Assembly (NCBI GenBank): GCA_009103225.1
Contig: RHPI01000003.1
Coordinates: 342,900-406,899 of the forward strand
DNA length: 64,000 nucleotides
Direction of reading: 5' to 3'
From: Chlorokybus atmophyticus
Lineage: Eukaryota; Plantae; Mesostigma and Chlorokybus algae
Part shown: piece after piece, positions 12,601-24,830 of the stretch
Layout of the letters: each line of letters starts with the position of its first letter
How positions within the stretch are numbered: the stretch's first letter is position 1
Notes under the pieces: model-generated
What the model saw: the letters and a program-made list of their open reading frames with translations, nothing else
Database searches by the model: none
What the model was told of the DNA's origin: nothing
Program-made: the position numbers and the translations under genes

Positions 12601-14220
12601 GCACATGCGCAGGCTCACGTTTTTCTTTCGCACAAACAATATTGGTGCACCATAAGGTGACTTACCTGGATGGATGCAACCTCTCTTTGGAAGATCCGCT
12701 ATGTGCTTCTTGGCCTCCTCCAACTTCAGAGGTGACAACTTATGTGGCGTGTTGGGTGGCTTGTGCACGCCCTTGTCCAACTCCACACGGTGATGAACGC
12801 TCCGTCAGGGTGGCTGACCAGCTGAAAGTCCGTTCACTATGATATCTTGGTAGTCTTGAACAAGTTTGCACACCTCGGCGTCCATCGTGGCTATCTCAAT
12901 GCAGTCACTCAGCTTTATTGCTGACTTTGATGTGCTATGACACACCATGCACAACCATGCAGCCTTCGCTCACTTGCACTTACTAAAACTTGAGAAATGA
13001 TAATCCCACCTGATTGCGCATGCACTGCCTTTCCGTTGCTTGTATCCCCATTGCAGGTGCTCCATTAGTGTGCGTATACATGCACTAGCGATGTTCGACG
13101 TAGCTATGGCAAAGCCCTTCTTGTTTTCCACATAAGAGTGGTCTTCCACTTCGATAGAGCACGCGCATACAACTTAAATGGACTCGCCATCATTGCCCTT
13201 GGTGAGCACACGCTTCACCAAATCAATAGATGGGTTATGTAGCCACGGTAGTCCCAAAATACCATCAAACCCGTTCTGTAGGGTGATGCAGCAGAAACGC
13301 ATGTTCTCTTCAACTTCCCCATACGAACACACAACTCTTTGGTTAAACACGCAGCACCGGTACCTCCGGAGGGTGGTTCCCCATCAGCATGTTTCACATT
13401 TCCTGCTCATGATGGTGAAAGCCAACCGTAGCGCCGTGCAACCTCCTCACTCATGAAGTTGCTATTTGCTCCACTATTAACCATAAGGTTGCACTCCTTC
13501 CATTGTCCTCGGTCAACGCAAATGCGTGCTAGAAGCCCAATGTGCTTTATTGCCTCCTCGCTTGCATAACTTACCACCATGGGCGTGTTCATAGCCACCT
13601 CCAATTTCTTCCTTAATTGCGATGTCACATACTTTAGTTGTGCGTGAGGCTCCCCCTTATCCCCAGCAGTAGCCTCCTTACCTACTGCAGGGAGTCGTTT
13701 CCCAGATCCTCCACGCCATCTTCGTCCAATTCATTTATGCGTCGTGCGCCATATGTGTTGCCAGCTGATGCAGACACTCGTGTGCGCCGCATCGAGCATT
13801 TGAGCGCTGAATGTTCTGTCGATCCGCACACGTAACACTTGCGCACGCTGCTACCTGCCTCACCACGTCCACCGTGCTTCGCCACGCTAGTGTGCGTATG
13901 TATGGCACCCACCTCCATTGGTAATGGTTCACAATCAGCTCCACCTTTCTTTGCAAGTTATGAACTTAGTTGCCTTCGTGTTCATGCATGTCGAAAGCTT
14001 CCCCTAGGCTGATCATCACGCTCTTGCTTGCTCCCACGCCTCCAATCAACATTTGATGCAGAAGACTTGAAGTATAACGCGTGGAGACGCTCCGCGATGC
14101 GTATAGCTTCCGCTAAAGTTATGGTCCCGTAGCTCCACTTTTTTGCGTCCGAAAGATTTAACACTACGTGTATACCAGTCCAACTGCTCTTCCTCGGTCA
14201 TGTTGGGTATGGACATTACG
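9637..14220 (-). mobile_element. Degenerate chromovirus gag-pol: gag/CCHC, protease, RT, RNase H, integrase, chromodomain
   Basis: CYVCGSTEHSALKC; LMVNSGANSNFM; SPYGAPILFVRKK..LRMCIDYRALN; YLDDI; integrase ERANCVTEDMLRCY...EFAINN; chromodomain YEIKDIVG...YLVKWKGYP. Many stops and frameshifts. Confidence 0.95.
11556..11902 (-). mobile_element. Copia solo LTR inserted in chromovirus pol
   Basis: Homologous to the LTRs at 16564 and 20237; perfect 5-bp TSD GGGCG at 11551-11555 and 11903-11907. Confidence 0.95.
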
Positions 14221-14229
14221 AAATGCTGA

Positions 14230-15425
14230 GGTGACGGCGTACACGGCTATGTAAACAAATAGTCAGAGTAGTCAGACCCAAGGCTTTTCATTAGTAAAGA
14301 CGAACAGGTTTAACTGTTGGTGTACGTAGACGACATCAATTGGCATTTGCAAGCGCTCCGGCACTATAGCAAATGAAGGTGGCATTGATAGTTGCATTCA
14401 AGATTTGGGATTTTGAGGATGCACACTTGCTCCTCGGCATCGTCATCACAAGGGAATTAATGTAAAGGGCAAGGCCACACCACTAAGCGTGGGAGTTTAG
14501 CTACTCGAGGCACGGATCACTACCTCTGTGCTAAATAAAGCTATCTACCCTTATGGTGAGCTTGTCGGGAGCCTCATCTATTTGCCCATTGCCACAAGGC
14601 CTGACATTACATAAGCCATGGGAGTCTTCGCGAGACTCATATCAGCACCCACTATTGAGCACTGAATGGAAGCAAAAGGAGTTCATTCCTACCTTGGAAG
14701 TACATAATACGTGGGTATGACTTGTGGAAGAAATAGGAACATCACATCACATGGCTATTGTAATGCAGACTATGTCGGAGAACTCTACACGAGGAGGTCT
14801 ACCACAAGGTACACTCTCTGAATGAAAAGAGGCGTCATTGGTTTAAATAGCCGCCTACAGCCAACTGTTGCTGCATCTGCTGCGGAGGCCGAGTACATTG
14901 ATTTGTGTCACCATTGCATGTGACAACCAAGGAGCGCTTAAGTTGAGCATGCACCCCATCATATCTGCCAGGTTAAAGCATATCAACATCATGCATTACT
15001 CGAAGTGAGAGAGAGTCGCACGAGGGGAGTGAAATTCAGGTTCTGCAGCACGGAGAACATGCTCGCAGATTGCATGACCAAGCCACTGCCACCTAATCAG
15101 TTCTAAACATGCTGCATGAAGCTCGGAGTTGAGGGCTAAAGATGCTCGTGTGGGAGTGTTAGAGGTACTTTGCTAGGCGCTTTAGTTAAACTTCTACGAT
15201 CATCTTTCCTTTGATGATTACGGTCAACCACCGTTATGGCAGCTGTAGTTCACTGTAATCAATGTTGACTTTGACCTGTAACCTTAACCATTAACTGTTA
15301 CTGGTGTTGACTAGTGTACTATATAAGACACGTTATGTTGTGGAATATAGTAAGATCCACTCTGCTCTACTTGTTAGCGCTACACTTGTGCGTGTGGGCA
15401 TTGCCGCTACCGTGCAATCTCAACA
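14230..15425 (+). mobile_element. Ty1/copia RT-RNase H 3' fragment with PPT and 3' LTR
   Basis: LLVYVDDI, YGELVGSLIYL..ATRPDI, CDNQGAL, HINI.H, ENMLADCMTKPL; PPT ctcgtgtgggag; LTR 15157-15425 (TGTT...CAACA). Confidence 0.93.
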
Positions 15426-16902
15426 TATACATGCTATGCATGTGTGCCTTCATAAGTGCGCAAGTGCTTGCTCAAGTGTACACATGTGCACATACGAATT
15501 TGTAGCTAGCACCGCAAGCATGCTTTAATTAAGCTAACACCTATGTGTAAGCAAGTTCATGTAAGTCCAATACATTAAATCTGCTTGCGAATCCATGGAG
15601 GCTGATATCGCAGCTAGCGCTAAATACCATGTAAGTATTTCCTCTTTGGCCTTATCTCTCTCACTCCACTCTCGATGCAAATTTCTGTATGTGCACTGCA
15701 ATAAGTACGTGCGCATAAGGAGTGGTTGCAATGCGCGTGCACACAAGTTTTGCGTGTGTGTGTATGTGACTTTTGGTAGGTTGTGATGCGGGCTTTGCCT
15801 TGTCATGACATCTTTTTCCTGCCCTTGATAGCACGAAACCACATGATCATTGGTGATCTATTACAGCGCTCTCGTCTTCGCCTAGTTGCATGTCAGCCCA
15901 CAAGCATATGTTGATCCAAGTCAGCTCTTTTTACCAACTTATAACTAGCTATAACAACTTGCATGCATTTTCAAGGTGAGCGAGGTCAGCTTCTTTTGCA
16001 TCAATGACCGAGTATAAGTACATGCAATTTTGCAAACATATACATAAGCTACTACTGAGCATGTACACACATGCAGATATATATCATGCCTTATCAATGT
16101 TAATTGCGGTGGTTAATTGTTGTTAAGCTTCTCCGGGTGCCGGCGGTAATCTCAAAGAGTATTGTGGAGGATGTTCAACACCACAAATGCATTAATCACA
16201 ATCTGACACACAATGTTCACAGCACTCTCCTCACCACTTGCAAATTGTCTCGGTGCCTCGTGCACCTGCTTTTTGTACTTGGCCTATTAGAGGTCTTAGC
16301 CCTCGCACATTTGCAATGAACACAAAAAATCGTGTGATATGCGTTGTCACTCACATCTCTTCACTTTTGTAGTAAGTAGGAAGGACCAATGAAGGTGTTC
16401 ATACACACATTGTGCGCATAGCACTTGGTATTCGTGCTCATGAAGTCGGTGCTTATACACTTGGTGCATGTTATGCAGCTATACAAGGATTTAACAGCTA
16501 TACAAAGCACCGTTTACAAGTAAATACGTAATGGGTTAATATTAAGCACAACGTCACTAAGACTGTTAAAGGTTATAGGTTGCTGAATGTATTCATATAG
16601 GCGGCGCCTACATGTAGTTGATACGATCAGTGTAACCTTAATAGTTACGAAAGTCATAAAAGTTGCAGGAATTGCGGCGATTATGGTCAACTGCCGTTAT
16701 GGTCAACCATGATCAACTTTGACCTTGCCCAATGACTAGTGTTAACTAGTGTTGACTATTGTCGACTCTAATTAAAGTTAACTAGACTAGACTAGGGTTG
16801 ACTGATGCTTAGTAGCATAGTATATAAGACACTGTATATTGCTTAATACAGTGGGTCGCACATTGTCTCTATAGTTGGCGTGCTTGCTGCACTTGTCCTT
16901 GG

Positions 16903-17540
16903 TGTGACGAAGCTCGTACTGTCACCTATGAAGTGGTCCAATCACCAACCCTCTCACAAAAACACGGTATTCACATCGAAACCTTGCCCCCCTTGCCAAG
17001 CACACACGCGCACCCCGCTACGCGAGTACGCACGTGCATGCGCTCAATGCTACACACCGACTTGTGCAGCGCCTTGGATTGTCACACAAGCAAGCACACA
17101 CCAGTGGATACATGCTAGCAACCCCTGCTAACCACCACCAGGCTTGCACACAAGAAATTAGGGAGCTAAAGGTTGTATTGCAATTTGTATTATGTCGCTT
17201 TTAAACCTATCAGTCTGTACATGCTATGTAGCGCAACCTGTGCTGCATAAAATCAAATGATGCAATGTTATTGCAGAACCTTGTAGTAAACTTTTATACC
17301 TTTTTAACGCACAAAAGATTTCCTGATTAGGTCCTCATATGGTCAAGTTATACTACTTGGCGCCAGGCCCTTCTCGAGTGGCCCGTCATTTTCTGGCACC
17401 TTTCGGACTGGTCCTGGGGCCTCGGTGGATGTCCGCGGCAGACTCATAACTCGCCGATATCTACCATAAGTCATGAAAACATGGTGCTTGAATAATGGGC
17501 TAAAAAAGTACCTATAATCAACTTGGCCTCGACTGTTACA
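16903..17540 (-). mobile_element. Chromovirus solo LTR inserted in the copia 5' LTR
   Basis: TGTGAC...GTTACA termini; aligns with 8500-9636; TSD CTTGG/CTTAA. The copia LTR reads continuously once it is removed. Confidence 0.9.
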
Positions 17541-19545
17541 CTTAATGTGTGCACACTTGCATGTAAGAGGCGCATACACACACACTAGGCGCATCACTAA
17601 TTGTTAACAGGTCATGGGCCCACTCGCTGTTGTGTGATTGTGCTAGTGAGAGAAAGTGTTGAGCATAGGAGCCAACTAGTGTAGTGTTCTTGGGGACAGG
17701 GTGACTTGTACTATTGTATATCAAGCAATGACTGATACAGACAAGATCCCCTTCAAGTCTCTCTGATCTGCACATTTATGCTTTATAGTCGGTGAAGATG
17801 ATGTTGGTGCTGATCCGCAAGAAGATCTGGAGTTTTATGGACCCCACCTCCTCCACATCATTACGGCCAAGCAGTAGGTTACACTGGTACTTGGACAGAG
17901 AATTCACAATCAGCTTTTGCGCTGATAAGATTGCGCATCAAAGACTTCTATCTCCCTCCTGTTGCGGATTGCAAGACTGGATGTGAGGCGTGAGAGGTCT
18001 TCAACACCTTCTTCAAGGCCAACAGCATTCGCGCAAGTTGCAGCTACACTCTTGGACACCCTCTTCAAGGCCAACAGCAACTCGTGCGAGTTGCAGCACT
18101 CGATGTTGTGTGATTGCTTGTGCTAGTGAGAAAAAGTGTTGAGCATCGGAGCCTACTAGCAGAGTGATCTTTGAGAGACGGTGACTTGTACTATTATATA
18201 GCAATCAATGATACAGAGTAGATCCCCTTTGAGTCTCTTGATTTGCACAACTACGCTTTCTAATCGGTGAAGATGAAGTTGGTGCTGATCCGCAAAAAGC
18301 TTTCGAGTTTTATGGACCCCACCTCCTCCACATCATTACGGCCAAGAAATAGGTTACACTGGTACTCGGGCAGAGAATTTACAATTAGCTTTTGCGTTGA
18401 CAAGATTGCACATTGAAGACCTCTATCTCCCTCTTGTTGCGGATTGCAAGAGTGAACGTGAGGCGTGGAAGGCCTTCGACACCCTTTCAAGGCCAACAAC
18501 AACACGCACAAGTTGCAACTGAGACGCAAGCTGACACTTTTAAGAATGGAGCACAAGAAAGCCAGTTCGAAAGTACATCTCTCGTGCAAGGGAGCTTTAG
18601 CAAGACCTTACAGTAGTGGGCCACAATGTGAAGGACGAAGAGGTGATGTGGGCAGTCTTTGCTGACTTAAAAAAGAGCTTTGCTACGCTAGTGATTGTAT
18701 TGGAGTCCTCAGATGTAGTGTTGAAGTTTGCTAATATAGTGCTTAAGTCGCTAGCTGCGGAAGGCAAGATGGGTGTTGAGGAGATAGAGAATGGCGAACC
18801 TATCACACTCGCTGCCTCATCTTCTCAGCACACACGAAGCAGGAGCAAGGCAGGTGGTGGGAAGCCATCACGTGACAAGAAGTGTCACTATTGCAAGATG
18901 AAGGGCCACTTTATTTGCGAGTACCAGAAGAAGATCCACGATGAGGCAACCAAGGAGGAGCATGCCACGATGGCTTTCTAGCATTGGTGAGGACCCTAAG
19001 GAGTTGCAGTGAATGGTGTTAGTCCGTCCTCTCCCACTGAAAGGGTGCATGAAGGACATGCATAGATGGAGGTCGCAGATATACAGGTCTGTGAGAGTCA
19101 TTGCTAGCCTACAATTGGTTGCTAGTGTTGAGTTGCATACACTAGAGGTTGCAATGCTGTAGCATTGCTCCTGGTAGCATACAGGTGTGCGATACTGGTT
19201 AGAGCACACTTCACTACACTAGCATGCAAGGACTGTGGTGTTGAGCTGCATATGGTAGAGGTTGCCTTGCTGAAGAGTTGTCGTTTGTAGCACACAAGCG
19301 TGCGGTACAATTTAGAGCACTTCACTTGATTGGTATGCAAGGACTGAGTTGTATAGCTAGCTAACAGGAGATGGGAGGGGTGCTTTCTTTGGTAAAAGGG
19401 TCTGATCAACCCTTGCACGGCCTATACTCTGGTACAGTATTGCTAAGGTAGAGAACTCAGTGTAACTTATAGCATAGTTTGCTATCGACGAAGTCTTTAA
19501 ATCCATCTAAGCAAGGACAGGCCTGGCATGGTAGAACTCACACAC

Positions 19546-20037
19546 GAGTTATATGCGACACACAGCTCATGCTGAGGGGTCGCTATGGGTCAATAGCTCG
19601 GTGGCTACGCCCAGCACCCAAGTGCATTACAACACAAATGTATAAGTGTATAGATACAGGCTGATCTATATACAAGTCCGCACCAGGGCGCTAGGCTACA
19701 ATTATGGGAACTACTTCTTCATGTCAGGTGCGAAAGTCACGCGCTTTTTCGATGTTCGACTTGTCGATGGCGCCATGGCTGCTGATGCAGAGGTCGAAGC
19801 CTTTGAAGCCTGTACACCTGCAAAGTAAACCACACTCGCCACCCACGCCAAGGATGGCGCCGCCGTGCTAGGGTTTTAAGCGACTAGGTAAGGAGCTTGT
19901 GACTCACAACTCACTCTAGTGAGTGCTTGTGCCCCCAAGCGCCTAGGGCACTAGGGGCACAAGAGTCTCATAACTCATTAACGAGTTCTTGCGTTCATGG
20001 GCGCGCATTTCATGCGCTTTATGAACTCATATAACTT
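19546..20037 (-). mobile_element. About 490-bp miniature element carrying the DIRS-like 5' terminus
   Basis: 19830-20037 matches 7080-7280; short terminal inverted repeat GAGTTATATG/CATATAACTT; absent from copia copy A at the equivalent site. Confidence 0.6.
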
Positions 20038-21849
20038 AATGCGACAACTATGCAAAAGAAACAAGGAGTATTGGAACCTTGTAGTCCTACTGGCACGAGG
20101 AGAAGGATGGTGTCATGGAGACAAGCATTACATTTGTGGGAGCAATACATTCGTGGGAGTGTTGAATGGAGTAAGTTGAGGTGGGTAATCTTGCAAGCAA
20201 AACTTGAAGTTTAAGGTCAAGCTGCTCGCGTGGGAGCGGTGAAGATGATAGGTTGTTGAAGGTACATGTATAGACGGTGCCTACATGTAATTTGTACGAT
20301 AAGCTTAACCTTAACAGTTATGGGAGTTGTGAGAGTTATAGGAGTGACGGCAGTCACGGTCAGCCGCCAGTATGGTCAACCACTTTGATTAGTGTTGACT
20401 AATGTTTACTTTAACTAGAGTTTACTAGTGCTTAGCAGCATAGTATACAAGACACTGCATACCGCTTAATATGGTGTGGGGGGGGGGGGTCGCACATTGT
20501 TTTTGAAGTTGACGTGCTTGTTGCACTTGTCCTTAGCGTGTGCACACTTGTATGTGAGAGGCGCATACATACACACAAGCGTTCCACTAGTTGTCAACAA
20601 AGACACATGAATGTATGCAACGAGAATTGCTGCCTGCATTAACGTGTCCGGGGGTGGATAAGGTCCCGAATGTTTCACTAAAAATAAAAAAATTTTTTTT
20701 TTTAAGGGTAATAAGCGCATTACAAACACATTATTTTGTTTACGGTTCATCCTTTCTAATCATGCAACACGCCTCAGCTACAACGATACCAGTAGTTACT
20801 TATTGGTCGGGGCTTGGCAAACTTATGCACAAGCATCAAAGACGTACATTGGAAGTTCCAACAGCACCACAGTGCAGGGGAATTTGCAGCAGCCCACAAG
20901 GAAGGAGAGGATGACCACCAACCTCTTCAAACATCTCCAGCCCCAGGCACACCCACGCCAAACACACCCACACTTATACACTACACACCACACCACACCA
21001 CACAAGCGATGAGGGGAAGAGCCCCTTCAACAGCTACTAGCCAGGCACCTCACACAAAAGTGGTGAACACACTCTGATCCCTATTTAAGGTTGCTACTAA
21101 GCCTTAACACCACTTGCTGCTTTCCCAACCTAACACACAAGAAGTCTAGGGCGCAAGGCCTTGTCACCGTGTGCTGACCCATTAGCACAAGCTGACTTTA
21201 TTCAACATAGGGCATCAACCTCGGGGAAGTGTTAAACTCCCTCGATTTTTCGTAGGACTAATATTTTAGAGATACAAGATTTGTTTCTTTCAGTACAACA
21301 CTACCTGCGGATTGCCCAAAGTCACTTCGCCTTGCAATTGTCACATCTGTCGCAAATCGCACTATCATAGTACAAATCCTGTGGTTTGCCAACTTGACAC
21401 TCTTTCTATAAGCTGTCACTCACTGTGGCAACTCGTTGGTTTGGGCTCGCAGAGCCTCAAGCATTGACCAGTTCTATGCCAACCCTCATTAATGCCTTGT
21501 GTAGTTCGTCATACTGAAGGCCCTGTGAGCTCATGAGCAGACCTACATGAGAGCATATCCCACTAGCACTTGCTTACAAGGAATGAGTCTCCATTGAGTC
21601 TCATCTTATTAACTGACGTGAAGTACAGAGAATAATTTTTGCCAGCCCTATGCGCATGGCATTAGCCTGTGCAATTTTGTCAGCGCAAAGGCGAGGCCTT
21701 CAAGTTGTTGGCCTTGGATATTTGCCATGTTTGGGTTGGAGAGCAACATGTAACACAATGGCTTGGCTACCACTTTGTGGTGGTAAGGAGTTACTGACCT
21801 TGTAAGAAGTACTAGTGGGGTGTCTAAGGCTATTGAAGGGGCTTTTGGT

Positions 21850-24830
21850 CTAAGTTTATGAAGTGCATGAAATGCGCGCACATGACCTTAAATAATTAGT
21901 TAATGAGCAATGACTTTTCTGCCCATTGCGCTCTAGGCAACGGAGGGTAGAAGCATGTTTTAGGCGTGTATTATAGATTAGAACTTCTACATTTAATCAC
22001 CTAAGATCCTATCACGGTGGCACCATTCTTGGCGTAAGCGGCGGGTGTGGTGTGGAGGTACGGCGGCGAAGAAGCTCTGCTATAACTACCATAAGGTCGC
22101 AATCCAACCCGAAAGTTAATGAAAAGGAGGTGGCGACGGTCGCAGTGGCTATGTTAGCCGCTTGCCGTATGTTGCGGACTAAGAGTGCGTGGTGAGGAGG
22201 AGGAGAGATCATAGGAGAAAGAGTAGAGCGAGGTGCGCCCCCCCGCGGGTGGGACAAAGATAGAGGTGAATAAGGAAGATGATGATGCGGAGGAGGAGGA
22301 GGACTTTGCCAAAGCGCATGAATTGGGCTCCCAGTCCCAAAAGCCGCTCCTCCACCCCATCTATGACAACTTTGGACGCCATCATCAGGAGGTGGGAGGT
22401 GGTGGATGTGTAGAAAGTGCAACTCTAGCGGGGGAAGGCGCCCACCATCTAACATGAGCCCATTGCTGACAAGCATAACCAGGCGATGCTTGTGAGCCCA
22501 CGGTCCCTTTGAAGGAGTATATGACAAAACGGGCTACGCAACATGTCAACGCGGTGGCTCACCTTGGTCCGGCGGCGGCCTCATTCAACCATGTGCTTGC
22601 TCACCTTGCCAATTACCCCACTTCATAAAAGGCCGCAACGAGAATATAAAAGGTGGGCTCATATGTTGGTAAGCACAGCCATATGCATGAGCATGCATGT
22701 AGGAAGGCCATCATGTGGGTGCGGACTTCACGCATGCACATTTGCACATGCGTGCAACATAGGCCTTATGAAGCCGCTGACCCGTCCACTATATAGCGGC
22801 ACAATCATACATGTGAATTCATTTGTTCCGCATCCCTCCTCCCCCCGCATCTGGGGGGCAGGGGGNGGGGCACGTGATACCCTTGCATGTCCACCACTCT
22901 GTTTATGATATAACTTTCACGATGAGGTTAAAGGCATAGTTCGGAATAGTAAACTATAAATGGGGTGGTACAAGAATGTGGATGCGCTGGGCGCCAAACC
23001 TAATAGCTCCGATCCTATGAATGGATGCCCGGCATTGCTGCTGCTCACGTGTGCTTTGCGCACCAGCGATGGACACCGTGTGCCAGCAGCTCCACCATTT
23101 TCAAGTAGCCACAATAAGCATGGTTGGACGGTGGTGGAGGAGCTCACAAAAGACTATGTAGCTACAGGCGATGCAGAGGCAAAGCGCCTCAAAAAAGCGA
23201 TTATGGAGGCACCTGCGGCGCAACCCACGCCCAAGGCAAAGCTTGCTTACACCATAGTCACAAGAGTCGCCACTTTTCATCATAAATTGTAAAACTAGTG
23301 TGCATGTATGCGCCCTACTTCATACATGCGCTCACACTAGTGTAACATATAAACATGTCAACACCAAAGAGAAGTGTATTGCAGTTTTACCTGTATGCGC
23401 CACATACAGTGACTTATATACTGAGTGAGTCAACAGTAGAAAGCACTAGTCAACTCCAGCCAAACTCAACTCTAGTCAACACTAGTCAACGGTCAAAGTC
23501 AACATTGACCATAACTGTCGTAACTCCCATAACTCCCATAACTCCTGTTGACTTTAACTCCATAGCATAACTGCCGCACATGGTCTAAGTAACATGCACA
23601 AGCTGTCTGTACGATAAGCATACCATATTAGCAAACCTCATATGTTTAACCTTTGACATAAAGTACTTAAAAATACGCAAAATGCAAGCTTTTTAATACT
23701 TTATGTCATAAGTACTTTTTGTAGTACGCTTTCGCCGCGAAAATGCGGTTGCAGCCTATATGCGTCACAAATCATGATTACAACCGCAATTACTTGCGAC
23801 TTACCAGCGTTGTCGCGACATGCGCGATAGCTGACGCGCCGCGCATTCATCAAACACGGCGTTACGCGTTTGCTGTATACGCCTGCCAGCAAGAACTTAC
23901 AGTTATTAATTCAAGCCTTGAACACATCTGACTACATGCCTCACGCATGGGCATGCAAATTTATGCTCAAACGCCATGCAACATGCATAGTGTATGTGTT
24001 ACATGCATATATTATCACTTGTTATGCACAGTATAAACTTAATGAACTTGTTATGCACTATATAAAACACTGTGCTATATACATACATACTTCACCCGTA
24101 CTACATGTGCAACTGACAAAAAGTACTTGAAAGTACCCATATGTGAGGGTTGGCATAACTTTCACGTATAATGTACTGTGTGACTATAGCCCACATTGCC
24201 TTCAAAGGTCGGGGTCCCNNNNNNNNNNNNNNNNNNNNNNNNNNNNNNNNNNNNNNNNNNNNNNNNNNNNNNNNNNNNNNNNNNNNNNNNNNNNNNNNNN
24301 NNNNNNNNNNNNNNNNNNNNNNNNNNNNNNNNNNNNNNNNNNNNNNNNNNNNNNNNNNNNNNNNNNNNNNNNNNNNNNNNNNNNNNNNNNNNNNNNNNNN
24401 NNNNNNNNNNNNNNNNNNNNNNNNNNNNNNNNNNNNNNNNNNNNNNNNNNNNNNNNNNNNNNNNNNNNNNNNNNNNNNNNNNNNNNNNNNNNNNNNNNNN
24501 NNNNNNNNNNNNNNNNNNNNNNNNNNNNNNNNNNNNNNNNNNNNNNNNNNNNNNNNNNNNNNNNNNNNNNNNNNNNNNNNNNNNNNNNNNNNNNNNNNNN
24601 NNNNNNNNNNNNNNNNNNNNNNNNNNNNNNNNNNNNNNNNNNNNNNNNNCCCTTCTTAGGGTCCCTTGGTGCCGGGCATAGCAGCTATAGGGCCGCTTTT
24701 TTGCAGTCTCAAGCAGCTTTTACCACGGGTTAACGTGAACCCCGCACTTGCAACGACTGTTAGGAGATTGGGCATCAGTCTACTGCTGTTAGCCCTCAAA
24801 AGGGCGCGGTGGCTAATTGCTTTTTGCCAG
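21850..24830 (+). mobile_element. DIRS-like gag/ORF1 relic, copy 2, with C-terminal CCHC knuckle
   Basis: 5' terminus matches 7270; KHGWTVVEELTKDYVATGDAEAKRLKKAIMEA; after the N gap the frame continues AGHSSYRAA...CNDC*EIGHQSYCC (CX2CX4HX4C with a stop). Interrupted at 23253-24188. Confidence 0.6.
23253..24188. mobile_element. Non-autonomous TIR element with 8-bp TSD (hAT-like)
   Basis: Termini CATAGTCACA/TGTGACTATA; flanks GCTTACAC and GCCCACAT differ only by C/T. Removing it restores gag AKLAYTAFKGRG, the same length as AKAAYTPNKGRG in copy 1. Contains copia-LTR-like sequence at about 23400-23560. Confidence 0.75.

Larger units (their letters stand above)
16564..20599 (+). mobile_element. 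Full-length gag-only copia element (TR-GAG-like), copy B
   Basis: 5' LTR 16564-17609; PBS GGTCATGGGCCCAC at 17610 (copia half-tRNA-iMet type GGTTATGGGCCCAG); UBN2 gag with CCHC CHYCKMKGHFICEY; PPT; 3' LTR about 20237-20599; perfect TSD AAGAC at 16559-16563 and 20600-20604. No pol. The gag 5' segment is tandemly duplicated (about 17620-18000 and 18100-18440). Confidence 0.93.

Noticed and set aside
15530-16560. Possible transposase relic (SDNAYH, VLNILHN)
   Set aside because: The motifs fall in different frames and are too short to distinguish from chance.
20620-21500. Possible LINE ORF1 remnant (MIVRFAT)
   Set aside because: A single short motif with no RT or endonuclease nearby.
24143-24733. 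Long ORFs in the supplied track
   Set aside because: Artefacts of translating through the 431-N gap (24219-24649).
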